Shown here: one piece after another, positions 26,520 to 41,030 of the stretch
Layout of the letters: every line of letters starts with the position of its first letter
Position numbering within the stretch: position 1 is the stretch's first letter
DNA from: Eledone cirrhosa
Lineage: Eukaryota
Length of the DNA stretch: 64,000 nt
Direction of reading: 5' to 3'
Assembly (NCBI GenBank): GCA_964016885.1
Contig: OZ024752.1
Location: 24,924,001-24,988,000, forward strand
Notes under the pieces: generated by a model
What the model was told of the DNA's origin: nothing
The model's database searches: none
The model's input: only the letters and a program-made list of their open reading frames with translations
Position numbers and translations under genes: made by a program

Positions 26520-28799
26520 TCCTGTGGACTGGGAGGTATTTACCGTGTTACCTACACGGCCACATTACAGCGTGGACCGTGTGTTTTATTGTCGTGACAC
26601 CTACACGGCTGGGTGCCCTTCCCAACACTAACCACGTTTACAGTGTGTACTGGGAGGTTTTTACCGTGTTACCTACACGGCCACATTACAGCGTGGACTG
26701 TGTTTTTTTGTCGTGACACCTACACGACCTCATTTGTTTCGGACTGGATGTTGTACCAACATAACTTCACATTTAAGGGGGTGGGGGTAGTGGGACGGGG
26801 GTGTATTTTTTAGAGGTACCTACTGACTAGGTTTCGCTTTGTACTTAGGTAAGGCGGGTCTTCTGTATAACTGTGTAGCGCCAAAGATCTCGGTCCAGTG
26901 ACATTGTCTTGGAGAGGTGTAAGTGTGTGAGGTCGGAATTTATCAAGTCATCCCAGGTTTTTCTGGGTCTGCCTACTCCGTGGCTACCGTCTATTTTTAT
27001 CGCCCTGCACTTTTTTATACAGCTGTCGTCTTTCATGCGCATCACGTGACCATATCAACGTAGTCTTCTCTCGAGTAAACAACATCTGATCCCTCTTATT
27101 CCTAATTTCTCCCTTAGTTCGTTTATGCTTTGCTGTTCACGTATATTACTATTACACATCCAACGGAGCATGCAAGCTTCATTTCTCTCCAGTCCGCGTA
27201 TATCCTCTGCACAAAATGCCCAGGTATCACTGCCATGTAACATTGCTGTTCGTATGCAGGCATCATACAGCCTGCCTTTCATTTTTAGAGAGAAACCTTT
27301 AGCGGCTAATAGTGGTATAAGCTCTCTGAACTTTTTCCATCCCATTCTGACTCTAGCTACTGTACTTTCAGAGCACCCTCCCCCACTGCTGATTTTGTCA
27401 CCCAGGTAACGGAAGCTGTCCACTATTTCTATAGAACCATCTGTGCAATGGAATGAGCTAGTATTCTGTGGGCACTTGCTGCTACTTATTGCACCAGAGC
27501 ACTGGCCACATATAAAATCTATATTCTTAGTTAGCTTACCTGTGATCCCACTACATCTTTTATGCACCCATACTTTGCATTTGGGACATAAAATGGAGTT
27601 CCTGCATTTGGGACATAAAATGGAGTTCCATGTTTGGAATTTCTTCTCTAGTTCAGCTATGAGCGTTAGATCATCTGCATATAGGAGTTCCCATGGGCAC
27701 CCGGTCTTGAACTCCTCTGTTATAGCCTGAAGGGCAATAATAAATAGTAGGGGGCTAAGGACGGAGCCCTGATGAACACCAACTTTTATGCTAAACTCTT
27801 CACTATATTCGTTGTTAATTCTAACCTTGCTGACTGTTTCTTTATACATGGCTTGTATAGCTCTCACAAGCCATTCATCAACACCTAGTTTTCTAAGGGC
27901 CCACCAGATAATCGAGCGGGGTACTCTGTCAAAGGCTTTCTCCAAGTCAACAAAGGCTAAGTATAGGGGTTTACTTTTAGCTAGGTACTTCTCCTGTAGT
28001 TGTCATACAATGAAGTGAGCGTATGTTGTACTTTTACCTGACACAAACCCGAACTGCATTTCGTCTAGATCAATTCGCTCTCTGATTAGTTGCGCTATTA
28101 CTTTTTCTGTGACCTTGATGACCTGGTCAATTAATTTAATGCCTCTATAGTTTCCCCTATCTAGGGCATCACCTTTACCCTTGTAGCAGTTAATGATGAT
28201 GCTGCTGCGCCAGTCCTTCGGAATGAAACCATTCTGTATGACTTGGTTTACTATCCAAGTGACCATAGTGTGTCCCACCGTTCCAGATGCTTTCAGCATT
28301 TCAGCAACTATTTCCGAAGGCCCGGTCGCCTTGCCCGTCTTCATGTCTTTGATCGCCTTACTTATTATACTACCTTCAACTTGCACTGCTGGTCCCTCTA
28401 TTGGGTCGATGTGGGGGAGACTGTCTTTCTCCCAATTATTCTCCTCATTTAGTAGCCTTTCGTAGTGACACTTCCAGGCTACCTTCTTATCAGCATCAGT
28501 GATGGCAAGTACACCATCATCATTAAGGACACACTTCTCCCCGACAATACAACTGTTTTCCTTGACACATTGCCTAGCAATCCTGAACACCTCACGTTTT
28601 TGGTCCTCGTGTTGTAGAACATGTTTGAACTTTCTTTCCTCTGCTTCCCTTCTTGCGAAGTACACTTGTCTCCTAGCTTCCCTCCTGGCCACTTGATAGT
28701 CTTCTCTACTTCCCCCATCTTTTCAAGCCTGCTTTTTGGCCTTGATTGACCCCTCCACCTTACTGTTCCACCACCAAGTTACTCTCCTCCTACCTATAG

Positions 28800-28802
<3 letters not shown>
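26520..28802 (-). mobile_element. RTE LINE, 5'-truncated, decayed
   Basis: ORFs 28003-28692, 27055-27945 (YADD) and 26845-27045. Confidence 0.92.
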
Positions 28803-28851
<49 letters not shown>

Positions 28852-28970
28852 TACACACATTCTTCGTCTAAGTATAATTTGTAATGTTATTTACAAAACT
28901 AGGAATAAAATAATTCTTGAGATATTTACTGCGAACCTGTAATTTCTGTATATCCTATTCGGACCTGGTG

Positions 28971-29003
<33 letters not shown>

Positions 29004-29160
29004 TTTTTATCTATTTGATATTTGTGATATTTATAATGTTTTGTAATGTTGTTTATACATCCAGGAATAAAATAATTCATACCCTAATCCTTACAATTCA
29101 CTGAGAGACTGTGCTTGCTGTTCGGACCTGGGATATATATATATATATATACATATATAT

Positions 29161-29219
29161 ATTAATTTCAGAAGATCCCGTTAAGGGTGAAAGCAACGAT
29201 TCTTTGCTTAAACTTTAAT
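29161..29219 (+). ncRNA. Hammerhead-like motif with variant core
   Basis: ATTAATTT-CAGAAGA-TCCC gttaa GGGT-GAAA-GCAA cgattct TTGC-TT-AAACTTTAAT, followed by AATAAA; between TA tracts. Confidence 0.5.
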
Positions 29220-30179
29220 CTGTTATTTTAATAAATACATATATATCTATATATATACATATAATAATTGATATTTTACTGAGTGATACTTTCTGATTTA
29301 CAATCAATTAAATACGACTGGAACTGCGTCTGAAGGTATTAAATTATATTAGGGACTTTTAACGTATGATACCAGTACGAGAGTTGAAACATTCTCAACG
29401 ACACAGGGTACCTGCTGTCTTCATTTTAGCTTTAATTAATCTAATTATATCTTGTGTAACAATTATATATATATATATATATATACAATTTTAATTCCCC
29501 GACATCAGTCTTACACTGTCATATCTATTCTTACTTTACAATTGTGTCTACTAAGAGTTCCGTTACAATCTGTAGTAGTAAAACTACTATTTCACCAGAA
29601 CATCTGCTATCAGTCGTTTATAGAGAATATATATATTTTAGACCACATATCAACCTAATATATATATATATTTCCTATCAAATATGTAGCTAAAGACATA
29701 AAGTCAGCTTCATTACTTCATTCTGACAAGATATCAATTTATGACTAAAGATGAAGAAGATACACCAACGTTAATGTCGTGAAATAAAGCTGATAACATC
29801 TTTGAAACTTCTAATTTGATAACGAAGAGATTATTTCTTTGGTTGTTTAGTAAAAACTAACACCACAACACATTGATTATATCTGAAGGAGGTAAGTTGT
29901 CAAAGATTTACTTAATGTCTATATTAATGTGTGTAAATAATATAATTACGTGAACCCTACAACGATCCAGTAATTAACCAGATTCCACTGTTACATGTGA
30001 TATAAAATATATTGTTAAGATGACTGCCTTTATTATTTAAAATGCCTCCGTCTATTTAATTATCTTGTTCACTACCTTACATTATAAAATATAGTTTATA
30101 TTTAGCTGTACCCTGTTGTTGTTTCAGGGAAGTTTTGTTCGTTTTAGTCTAAATCTATTTTGATTTAATTTACTTCATC

Positions 30180-31620
30180 TACATCATCATAGTTTTACGT
30201 CCGTTTTTCAATTCTGGCATGGGTTGGATGGGTCCTTTTAATCACAACATCTCCCTACTCGCTTGTTCCTTTGTTATCTCGTCTGTGAGTCTCAGCAATT
30301 TGAGATCAGCACTCACCACATCTACTCTGGTCTTCCTTGGTCTACCTCTACTATGGCTTCCCTCTTCTGGTATTCCGTGGAACTTCTTTAACCAGTGATC
30401 ACCATCCATGGATATCACATATCCGTACCAAAGCAGTCTTCTCTCTTGCACACCACTTTGGTTTCCTCTGAAGTCCAATTTCTTCCTCATTTTATCCAAG
30501 CTCTGCCTTCTTCTCACATTTACGTTGCACATCCAATGGAGCATGGTTGCTCCATTTCTCTCCAGCTTATGCATGTCTTCTGCAATTACTGCCCATATTT
30601 CACTTCCATGCAGTATTGCACTTCACACATAGGCATTGTATAGCCGACATTTTTGTAGGTAGGGAGAAACCTTTATTTGCCGACAGTGGAAGTAGCTCTC
30701 TAAACTTCAATCCTATCCTCTCTTACAAAGCATCCACCTCCGCTGGTAATTATGTGACCTAGATAGCGGATGTTATTATTGTGTACAGTTTATTCCATAC
30801 TCCTTTTCTACATATGCAACAGGGTCACTTATTCTCTAGTTCTTTTATGGATTTAGCTATAAGGACCAGATCATTCACATAGACTGTTTCCCATGAACAG
30901 CCAGTCTTAATCCCACTAGTTATGGCCTAGAGAAATATGATGAACAGCAGTGGGTTGTGAACTGAACCATGATGAACATCTACCTGTACATTGAATTCTT
31001 CACTAAACTCCCTTCCTACTCCCACTTTACTGACAGCTCCTCTGTACATGGTTTGCACTGCTCTCACAAGCCATTCTCCACCTAATTTTCTGAAGGACCA
31101 CCAGATAACAGAGTGAAGTACTCTGTCAAAGTCCTTTTCTAGATCTATAAAAGCTAAATATTGCAGCTTAATCTTGGCTAGGAACCTCTCTTGTAGTTGT
31201 GTCACTAACAAGTTTCATCAGTAATTCCAAAGAGAATGTCAATTATATGTGTGTATGTGATGAACAATGAACATATAACAAAAGTCTAAGATTTCTTCTT
31301 AATTTATTCTCTACATTCATCAATCTCTCATAGTAACATTTCCAGACCTCTTTCTTTTGAGCATCAGTGGTGCTAAGTGTACCAGTGTCTTTCCCTGTCT
31401 TGCAATGTGGAACACTTCACACCTCTGATTCTCACGTCTCAAGACTTTGGCAAACTTTCTTTTCTCAGCCTCTCTCTGTGTTATGTATACCTGTCTTCTA
31501 GCTTCTCTCTTAGCTACCTGGTCCTGGTCTGATACCCCTATTTTTCCAGTCTTTCCATGCCTGTCACTTGTCTTTAACCCTTTATAATTTAAACTGGCTA
31601 TATCCAGCCAGAATTCTCTC
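30180..31620 (-). mobile_element. RTE LINE fragments, decayed
   Basis: ORFs 30242-30574, 30927-31211 and 31320-31622 carry RTE motifs. Confidence 0.85.
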
Positions 31621-31769
31621 ACTTCTTTCTGTTCAAACCGGCTGTAACTGGTCGCTCATATTGATGTTAATGTATTGTCCTCAAAATAAGTAATATCAAA
31701 GTCTCATAGATTCAATATTATGTGAGATAAAGACTTTACCATGAAAATATAATAGAAATTGTCAGAGTA

Positions 31770-32039
31770 TTGAACACTGAAAATAAAACAAAAGTCTTGA
31801 GATATGGTTCATTTTTTATAATCGTTTCAGAGTGTTTATTGATCATGGTAAATCAATATATTGATACGGTCTGATTGATCAGGGATTTTGAGACTAGAAA
31901 TAGTTAGTGACATGACAACTACCTTTTTGTCAATATATCAATCTACCATGATCAATCAATCCTCTGAGTTGATCGTAAAACAATAAACTAATTAAGAACA
32001 TATCTTTGTCTCTAGCTTTATTTTATTTTCATTGTTCAA
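31770..32039. mobile_element. Degenerate MITE-like inverted repeat
   Basis: TTGAACACTGAAAATAAAA/TTTTATTTTCATTGTTCAA and ATTGATCATGGTA/TACCATGATCAAT arms. Confidence 0.6.
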
Positions 32040-32604
32040 AACACACACATATATACAAATGACATATATATAAATTACTTTGTAACTCTAGACGAATCTT
32101 TGAAGGAACCTTATGTGATGAGATCCTACTACAAAAACTATAATTTTCACCACCCAATCTTGTTGAAACCATCTCTTCAAGGCTGCAATGAGTTCTAACA
32201 ATATTATCGGTCTCTCCCTAAACACTTGAATACTAGTATATCATAATCTATAAAGCTCAGTTTATGGACATGCTCCTTTGTTATAGAAATCTACGATATA
32301 GAATTTCTTCAATTGAAATTTACAATTCAGTATTCGAAATAGCTTCGATTGCGTCTTGACACATATAATTTTTTCAATTTCACCCACAATTACGCAAAAA
32401 ATAGATAAAACTCAATATTTTACGATTTTTTCTCTTTCATTTAAATTGCTAAACTCTTTCCATTACCATTCAAAATCTATACAACGTCATACTTTCTGCT
32501 ACTTTCTCTTTCCAAGCTTGATGGTGATACTGTCCGTTTTACTCTCTCATATCATCTGCTACCTCTATCTACAACCCACACATTTTGCTACTTTCTCTTT
32601 TATA

Positions 32605-32885
32605 CTTCAAACTTACTGATTTATTTCCAAACGCATACAAACACACACTCACTTCAAATGATAAAAAAACATTTAAAGCAATTAAACAACGTGCGTGATT
32701 TATAACCACACTAACTTTTAGTTGCTTCAAACTTAATGATTTATTTACAAACACATACAAACACACACTCACATAAATTGATAAAAAAAAATTTAAAGCA
32801 ATTAAACAACGTGCGGGATTTATAACCACAAATACACGACTATTCATTAACAACATTTAAAGCAATTAAACAACGTGCGTGATTG
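32605..32885. repeat. 120-bp tandem duplication plus a partial third copy
   Basis: ATTTAAAGCAATTAAACAACGTGCG occurs three times. Confidence 0.8.
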
Positions 32886-33199
32886 CCGAAGAGAGTGAGA
32901 GAGAGAGAACGTTTATTATTACATAAAGTACCAGTAATGTACTGAGTAATTGCTGGCCTTGTGCCAAAAAAGTAGAAACAATTATTACATTTCATACGAA
33001 ACGACAATTATTCAAAAGCAACAGATACATTTATTCAACAACAAGCGATAAATCTTTTTTAAAACCTCTCAACGAACGTGGATTCTTACAGACTTTGAGT
33101 CGAATCGGCTTGAAATTGTGCAAATGTATAAACATGGAACATGTGCACACACACAACAACAACAACAATCTGCCTTTTATAGATAATGATAAACAATAA

Positions 33200-33570
33200 T
33201 ATCCTCTATGAGGTCACTAAACCTGCTAGAAACAGCAGCTAACTCTCCCCCCATACCACACCCCTCCCTACTGTCTTAAATCTAGAAAACATATCTTCTA
33301 TGAGGTCACTAAACCTGCTAGAAACAGCAGCTAACTCTCCCTCATATCACACCACTCCCTACTGTCTTAAATTTAGAAAACACATATCCTCTATGAGGTT
33401 ACTAAACCTGCTAGAAACAGCAGCTAACTCTCCCCCATATCACACCCCTCCCTACTGTCTTAAATTTAGAAAACACATATCCTCTATGAGGTCACTAAAC
33501 CTGCTAGAAACAACAGCTAACTCTCCCTCATATCACAACCCTCCCTACTGTCTTAAATTTAGAAAACACA
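33200..33570. repeat. ~92-bp tandem repeat, 4 copies
   Basis: TCTATGAGGTCACTAAACCTGCTAGAAACAGCAGCTAACTCTCCC... repeated. Confidence 0.92.
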
Positions 33571-33871
33571 CAGACAACCATGCAGAACAACTCCATCGCA
33601 GCTCTGTTGTTCGGCTGGCATCGTCTACGCGTGTGTTGCGCAAGTACTGTGAAACAATAAATTTCAACACTTTTTTGCACAGAGATAATATCGATAGGCG
33701 AAACTACAATTGTCACTGCTGGCGCAGCTCATGCTTCCAAGTCTGCAATTCATTCACCCAGTGCCTGGCAGACAAAAAAGTGCTGCCATAAAATGGGTGG
33801 TGCAACCTAACTTTGGTAACTTAATGACCCCGGCTTTAATGCTAGTATATATATATATATATATATATATA

Positions 33872-35330
33872 TCATCATCATCATTTTACGTCCGTTTTTC
33901 CCTGCTTGCAAGGGTGGGACGGGTCCTATTCAGCACAGCATCTTTCCACTTGTCATGGTCCTCCGTCATCTCTTCAGTGAGTTTCAGCGATCTGAGGTCT
34001 TCTCTCACCACCTCCGCCCATCTTTTATGTGGTCTACCTCTTCTGCGTCTTCCTTCTACTGGGATTTCTTGGCGGTCATCCTCCATGCGCATCACATGTC
34101 CATACCATCTCAGTCTTCTCTCCTGCACACCACAAATTATCCCTCTTATACCCAGTTTCTTTCTCAACTCATCTATGGTTTGTCGTTCACGCACATTGAT
34201 ATTGCACATCCAACAGAGCATGCTTGCTTCTCTCCAGCCATCACATATCCTTTGCAGTTGTTGCCCATGTCTTACTACCATGCAGCATCGCACATCTCAC
34301 ACAGGCATCATATAACCCTTCTTTGTCAACAGAAGAAGCAGCTCCCTAAACTTCTTTCAACCCGTCCTTATTCTAGATACTATGGCCTTGGAACACCCCC
34401 TCCCATGCTAATCTGATCACCTAGGTACCGAAAGCTATCAACCACTTCTATAGAACCCACCTGTATTTGAAAAATGTGTATATCACTGCGATTACTACTG
34501 CCAACTTTCCTTGTACATCTACTGCATAGGCAGTTTTCCCTACCTGTTAGTTTGTCTGCTATCCCACTACAGCTCTTGTGTACCCAAGATCTGCATTGCT
34601 TACATTTTATGGAATTTATGCCAATTCCTTTCCTACATATCGAACATGGCCATTTCCCTGATGGAATCAGAGTATTGTCCTCTCTTCTACTTATAAACAC
34701 TTTTGTTTTAGCTAGGTTCACTCTCAGTCCTCTTGATTCCAACTACTGTTTCCATAGCCAGAATTTATTCTCTAGCTCCTCTACTGATTCTGCTATAAGA
34801 ACCAGATCATCAGCATAGAGAAGTTCCCATGGACAGCCAGTCTTAAACTCCTCTGTTATGGCTTGGAGGACTATAAGGAACAAGAGTGGGCTGAGGACCG
34901 AACCTTGATGTATACCTACTTGTAACTGGAATTCCTCACTAAACTCCATTCCTACCCTGACTTTACTGACAGCACCTCTGTACATAGCTTGCACTGTCCT
35001 CACAAGCCATTCCTCTACACCTAGTTTCCTTAGGGACCACCAGATGACAGATCGGGGTACCTTGTCAAAGGCCTTCTCTAGGTCAACAAAAGCTATGTAT
35101 AGTGACTTATTCTTCTCTAAGAACCTCTCTTGTAATTGTCTCACCAAGAAGAGGGCATCTGTTGTACTTTTCCCAGGCACATAACCAAACTGCATCTCAT
35201 CTAAATTGACCATTTCTCTAATTAGTTGTGCTAATATTCTCTCGGCCACTTTCATAACCTGATCCATCAGCTTTATGCCCCTATAATTGCTCTTCTCTAG
35301 AACATCCCCTTTATCTTTGTAGTGAATACT
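33872..35330 (-). mobile_element. RTE LINE 3' portion with (GAT)n tail
   Basis: ORFs 34743-35267 (YADD), 34380-34742 and 33886-34293. Confidence 0.92.
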
Positions 35331-35394
35331 GCTGTACCTACATTATATGCTTTCATTTACCATTCTACTTAGATTACATATATTGCTTGTCTTC

Positions 35395-35828
35395 ATTATC
35401 ATTTAACGTCTACCTTCCACGCTAGCATGGGTTTAGACGGGAATTGTCCCACTTGAGGCAAGATTGGTCGGGTGAGCATGTCTCGCTTGTATAGGACTAT
35501 ATGGCAGGTTTTCTACGGCTGGATGTCCTTCCTAACACCAACCACGTTTACAGTGTGGACTGGGAGGTTTTTACCGCGTTACCTACATGGCCACATTACA
35601 GTATGGGCTGTGTGTTTTTTGTCGTGACACCTACACGACCCCATTTATTTAGGACTGGATGTTGTGGTACCAACATAACTTTACAGAGAAAGGGTGGTGT
35701 TGGTGGAGTAAGGGTAGTGGGATGGGGGTGTATATTACTGACTGTAGGTTTCGCTTTATACATAGGCAAGGTGGGTCTTCTGTATTACTGAGTAGCGTCA
35801 AAGATCTCGGTCCAGTGATATTGTCTTA
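35395..35828 (-). mobile_element. RTE LINE 3' end fragment
   Basis: Similar to the 3' UTR at 17800-18110 and to 26520-26910. Confidence 0.75.
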
Positions 35829-36129
35829 ATGTATATATATATATATATATACACACACAATTATATAAATATATATATATATATATGTGTGTGTGTGTTA
35901 AACTGTTCGTATACACGCATTATTCAACCTCCCCTTTGTTTTGAGGAAAAAGCCTTTAGTAAGTTGCAGTGGTAGTAGCATCCTGAACCTTTTCCCTTCC
36001 ATGTTCACTCAGGCTGCTCTACTTTCAGAACACCCACCTCCACTGATGATATCATCACCCAGGTTGCAGAAGCTTTCTACCTCTTCTATGTGACCCTCCA
36101 AAAGTTTGTTAGAGCTTGTTTCCTGTGAA

Positions 36130-36246
36130 GGCGTGTGGCTGAGTGGTTAGAGAATTGGATTCACAATCGTGAGTTTGTGAGTTCGATTCACCGACCGGGT
36201 GGTGTGTTATGTCCTTGAGCAAGACATTTTATTTCACATTGCTCCT
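36130..36246 (+). mobile_element. tRNA-derived SINE head (second family) within RTE debris
   Basis: A box TGGCTGAGTGG, B box GTTCGATTC, CORE-like TGTCCTTGAGCAAGACA. Confidence 0.7.
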
Positions 36247-37461
36247 TCTACCTGGAGTTGCGACCGAAAGATAGTAATAGCAATTGGAAAGACCAATGGA
36301 AACATTGTTTCCTCAGTCCGATTTGACGAAAGCCAATCGTTGCTTCCTGTGAATGTTTGCTACTTACTGCTCCTGTGCAATGGCCACATGTAAAACCTAT
36401 ATTCTTAGCTAACCTACCTGAGATCCCACTACATCTCTTGTGTACCCATTGTTTGTATTTCTAGCACACTGAGCAAGGCCATTTTTCTGAGGGGATCAGG
36501 GCCCTGTTTTCCCTTCTACTGATACTTGGCTGGCTAACCCAGACATAGTCCTAAATAAATGAAACACTGGCGGAGTCGTAGGGGTATCTAAGTGACATAC
36601 AGTATTTCTTGGGCATATTTTAAAACCTGATGGAGCCCATCACCTCACTCGTCTGAACACAATTGAGATCTGAATAAAACTTCAAGTGAAATCAGATATT
36701 GTATGGATTCATATAGAGTCGTAACTCCTGGTCTAAGCACAGCCGATTTCTCCCAGAGAAAGATAGAAAAGAAGAAAAAGATATAGAGGAACAATTGACT
36801 CCTACTAATAAAAAGATGGAAGTTAAACTGGTTTTGACATGTCACCAGGAGAGGAGATGATTTCTATGTTAGAAATTCCTATCAGAATGAATTTTTCACT
36901 AAACTGCCATAGAGCAGACCTCTCTAGAGATAGAAGGATAACATTTATAGAGCATGCTGGAATACCACTGTTTACATTGGAGATAATTACTCTGAACAGG
37001 AAAGTTGATATCTATAGTTTATCAATATAGAAATATAAAATTTCCTCTGTTAAATCTATCTCTGCTTCTAAAGTATTCTCTATTATCTCATACTGTTTCT
37101 TTCTTATTTCAGAATACCAGATGACATTGGGATAAATTATTATTTTCAATCTTGGATACATCACCTCTATTTATCATCATTTGAAGACTAAAACTTGTTA
37201 AATAGAACTCATATAACACTGTTTATATAAATCTGTCGTGAAATTACTTTGAAATATTTCCTCAACACTGAGTTTATTTTTTTTCACTATCAGATGATTT
37301 TGTATTTTAACTAAACTTGGATGAAAAAGAAGTTTGTATTATCTTCAGATATTAACTGAAATCACAGTTGAGGGAAATATAAAATATATATTTTTTAGGA
37401 ATATAATATAAAAAATATTACAAGAAAAACATTTGTATATTCTGTTGAAGAAAAAATTATA

Positions 37462-38256
37462 ATGGAAAATAAATGCAAAACACAATCGAAAATGTTTAGT
37501 ATTCCTGGTGAGATGCCAAAGGTTGGAGAAGAGAAGCCATATCACTGTGATATCTGTTGTATATCATTCTATGTAAGTAGTACCTTAACTCGCCACAAAC
37601 ATATACATACAGGAGACAAGCCATATCACTGTGATATCTGTGGTAAATCATTCTCTCAAAGTGGTACCTTAACTAGCCACAATCGTACCCATACAGGAGA
37701 CAAGCCATATCACTGTGATATCTGTGGTAAATCATTCTCTGAAAGAGGTAAATTAACTAAACACAAACAAACACATACAGGTGAGAAACTATATCACTGT
37801 GATAAGCCATATCATAGTGATATCTGTGGTAAATCGTTCTTGCAGAAAGGTCAATTAACTTCTCACAAACGTACCCATACAGGTGCGAAGCCATATAACT
37901 GTGATATATGTGGTAAATTATTCTCTCAAAGTGGTAACTTAACTAGCCACAAACATATACATACAGGAGACAAGACATATCACTGTCATATCTGTGGTAA
38001 ATCATTCTCTCAAAGTGGTACCTTAACTAGCCACAAACGTACCCATACAGGAGACAAGCCATATCACTGTGATATCTGTGGTATATCATTCTCTGGGAAA
38101 AGTAGCCTAACTACTCACAAACTTATACATGCAGAGGAGAAATCACAATGCATTGACATCAGTGATAAATCCTCTCAAAATTGTGAATTAATGAGAATAC
38201 AAATACATATCTGTGTAATATCTATGGTAAATCATTCTCTTTCAATGCTACATTAA
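37462..38256 (+). CDS. C2H2 zinc-finger protein paralog, 264 aa (6 intact fingers, 1 broken)
   Basis: Same finger consensus; paralogous upstream acceptor TTCTTATTTCAG at ~37112. Confidence 0.8.
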   Translation: MENKCKTQSKMFSIPGEMPKVGEEKPYHCDICCISFYVSSTLTRHKHIHTGDKPYHCDICGKSFSQSGTLTSHNRTHTGDKPYHCDICGKSFSERGKLTKHKQTHTGEKLYHCDKPYHSDICGKSFLQKGQLTSHKRTHTGAKPYNCDICGKLFSQSGNLTSHKHIHTGDKTYHCHICGKSFSQSGTLTSHKRTHTGDKPYHCDICGISFSGKSSLTTHKLIHAEEKSQCIDISDKSSQNCELMRIQIHICVISMVNHSLSMLH

Positions 38257-38367
38257 CTTCACACAAACATATACAGGTGGGAAGCCATATCACTTTGATA
38301 TGTTTGGAAAATATTTCTTTTAATGGAGCAATTTAACTAAATATATGCATAGATGAGGGAAACCATA

Positions 38368-38512
38368 TCATCATCATCATCATTTTATGTCCACTTTTCC
38401 CTGCTTGCAAGGGTGGGATGGGTCCTATTCACCACAGCATCTCTCCACTTGTCACGGTCCTTCGTCATCTCCACCGTGAGCTTCAGAGGTCTGCTCTCGC
38501 CACCTCCACCCA
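38368..38512 (-). mobile_element. Short RTE 3' end inserted in the ZNF2 relic-finger region
   Basis: (CAT)n tail then TTTTATGTCCACTTTTCCCTGCTTGCAAGG. Confidence 0.8.
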
Positions 38513-38536
38513 TGTAAATCATTTTCTAATTTTGGT

Positions 38537-39044
<508 letters not shown>

Positions 39045-39311
39045 TAAAAACCATGTAACTCACCTAAAATAGTGCCACCAATGTTGTTAATATTTTGAAT
39101 AAAACTGTTTTAATTTTTCTCCTTTCATTTTATTTGTAGAAGTTGTAACCAAGACTTGTGCTGACAAAACTGTATCGTTCAGAATTTACATATGTTATAT
39201 ATATGTGAATGTATGTGTGTAGAAATTTGTGTCCATGTATATGTTTGTATCTGTGTTTGTATATAAGTATGTGCATATCTGTATTTGATTTATTTGTGTA
39301 TGTATATGTAC

Positions 39312-39810
39312 GTCATCTTCATCAACATCATCACTGTTTTTATGTCCGTTTTTCCATGCTTCCTTGGGTTGGACAGGTCCTTCTCAACATGGCATCTTTC
39401 CACTTGTCGTGTTCCTTTGTCATGTCCTCTGTGAGAGTCAGTTATTTGAAGTCAGTTCACACAGCCTCTGTCCAGGTCTTTCTTCGTCTACCTCTACTAT
39501 GGCTTCCTTCTACTGGGATGTCCTGGCACTTCTTCACCCAGTGGTCATTATCCATGTGTATCACATGTCAGTACCACTTAAGATCCCGCTTAAATCCAGC
39601 TTCTCCCTCAACTTGTCCAAGCTCTGCCTTTCTCTCATACTTAAATGGCACATCCAAAGAAGCATCGTTGCTTCATTTCTCTCCAGTCTACACTTTTTTT
39701 CTGCTGTCACAGCCCATGTTTCCCTACCATGCAGCATCATATTTTATTGGCAGGTGTTATACAGTCATCCTCCACTGCTAATTAAGTCACAGAAGATATT
39801 AACCACTTCT
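39312..39810 (-). mobile_element. RTE LINE 3' fragment, decayed
   Basis: Homologous to the other RTE 3' ends. Confidence 0.75.
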
Positions 39811-39942
39811 ATGTGTGTATAATTACTTGTGTATCTTTGTGTTTGTGTATATATGTGTATACATCTGCATAGATTTGCAGTATATGATACAGCCAGGAGA
39901 ACATCTCTTATTATCTGGGTCCTTCTAGCAGATCCAGCAAGT

Positions 39943-40027
<85 letters not shown>

Positions 40028-40047
40028 CATTATTTACCATTTTTATC

Positions 40048-41030
40048 ATCAGAGTATATAGAGGAAAAAATGGGAAAAATGGTAAATAATGATACAAATG
40101 GGACCTGCCCCTTGTATAGGAGCAAATTTTGGAATAGAATAGAAAGAACTAGGAATAAGGTTAATAGAATAAACTCATGGTATGATAGCAATAAATACCA
40201 GAGTGTAATGTTCATCAATACAACCCCTACAGATGAATTAGCTTACAAATTTAGAAGGGCCCTAGATAAACATAAACTCAATATTAAGATAGTAGAAGAC
40301 CAGATACTTCCCTAAAAACACTTATTAGCAATACATCCCCTTTTCTAGAAATGTAGTATATAGCATAAGATGTACTGAAGGACAATGTAGAAATAAGAAT
40401 ATAGTGTACATAGGTGAGACAGCTTGTAGTATAGGAGAACGGATAAATGAACACTGGCGAGAGCTTCAAGTTAGAAAAGAATCATCTGTACTCCACCTAC
40501 ATGCTAAAATAGAACATAAGGGTAAATTAGAGAACATAGAAATAAAAATAGAATCTACACACAGAAAAGACACAATGTTTAGACAAATCACAGAGGCAAT
40601 AAACATAAATGAACTCCAACCAAAATTAAATAGAAAACAGGAATGGAATAGCAACATCACAACTTACAATTAAGGACAAAATGAAAACACACACACACAT
40701 AGAACAAACAACCAACCAGTAACATGTAAATAAACAAATAAATAAACAAATATAAACACACACAGACACCGGATGTAACACATGCGCAAACTAAGCACAC
40801 AACACACACAAAAATAAGATGGCGTGGGACAACAAAGGAGAGGCACAAAAACAAAGAAAAGAATCCCCAGTCACTGAAGAGGTCACAGAATGTGTGACGA
40901 AAGAACTTTGACAATATATGAACAACCGTCCGGTTGTGGAACCAACCAACCGGAAATTTATAAATTTAATTTATAATAAATTGGAGTGAAAGCAACTGGT
41001 GCGTGTGTTTCTTATTGGCAACATGACCCT
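40048..41030 (+). mobile_element. PLE-2 copy, 5'-truncated, decayed
   Basis: GTCPLYRSKFWNR and YIGET...PKLN; pLTR with HHR at 40869-40913. Confidence 0.9.

Noticed and set aside
33300-33791. 163-aa repetitive ORF
   Set aside because: Read-through of the ~92-bp tandem repeat; no domain evidence
36130-36200. tRNA gene
   Set aside because: A/B boxes continue into SINE body sequence and no complete cloverleaf or T-run terminator is seen; same for the copies at 7987, 18562 and 20180
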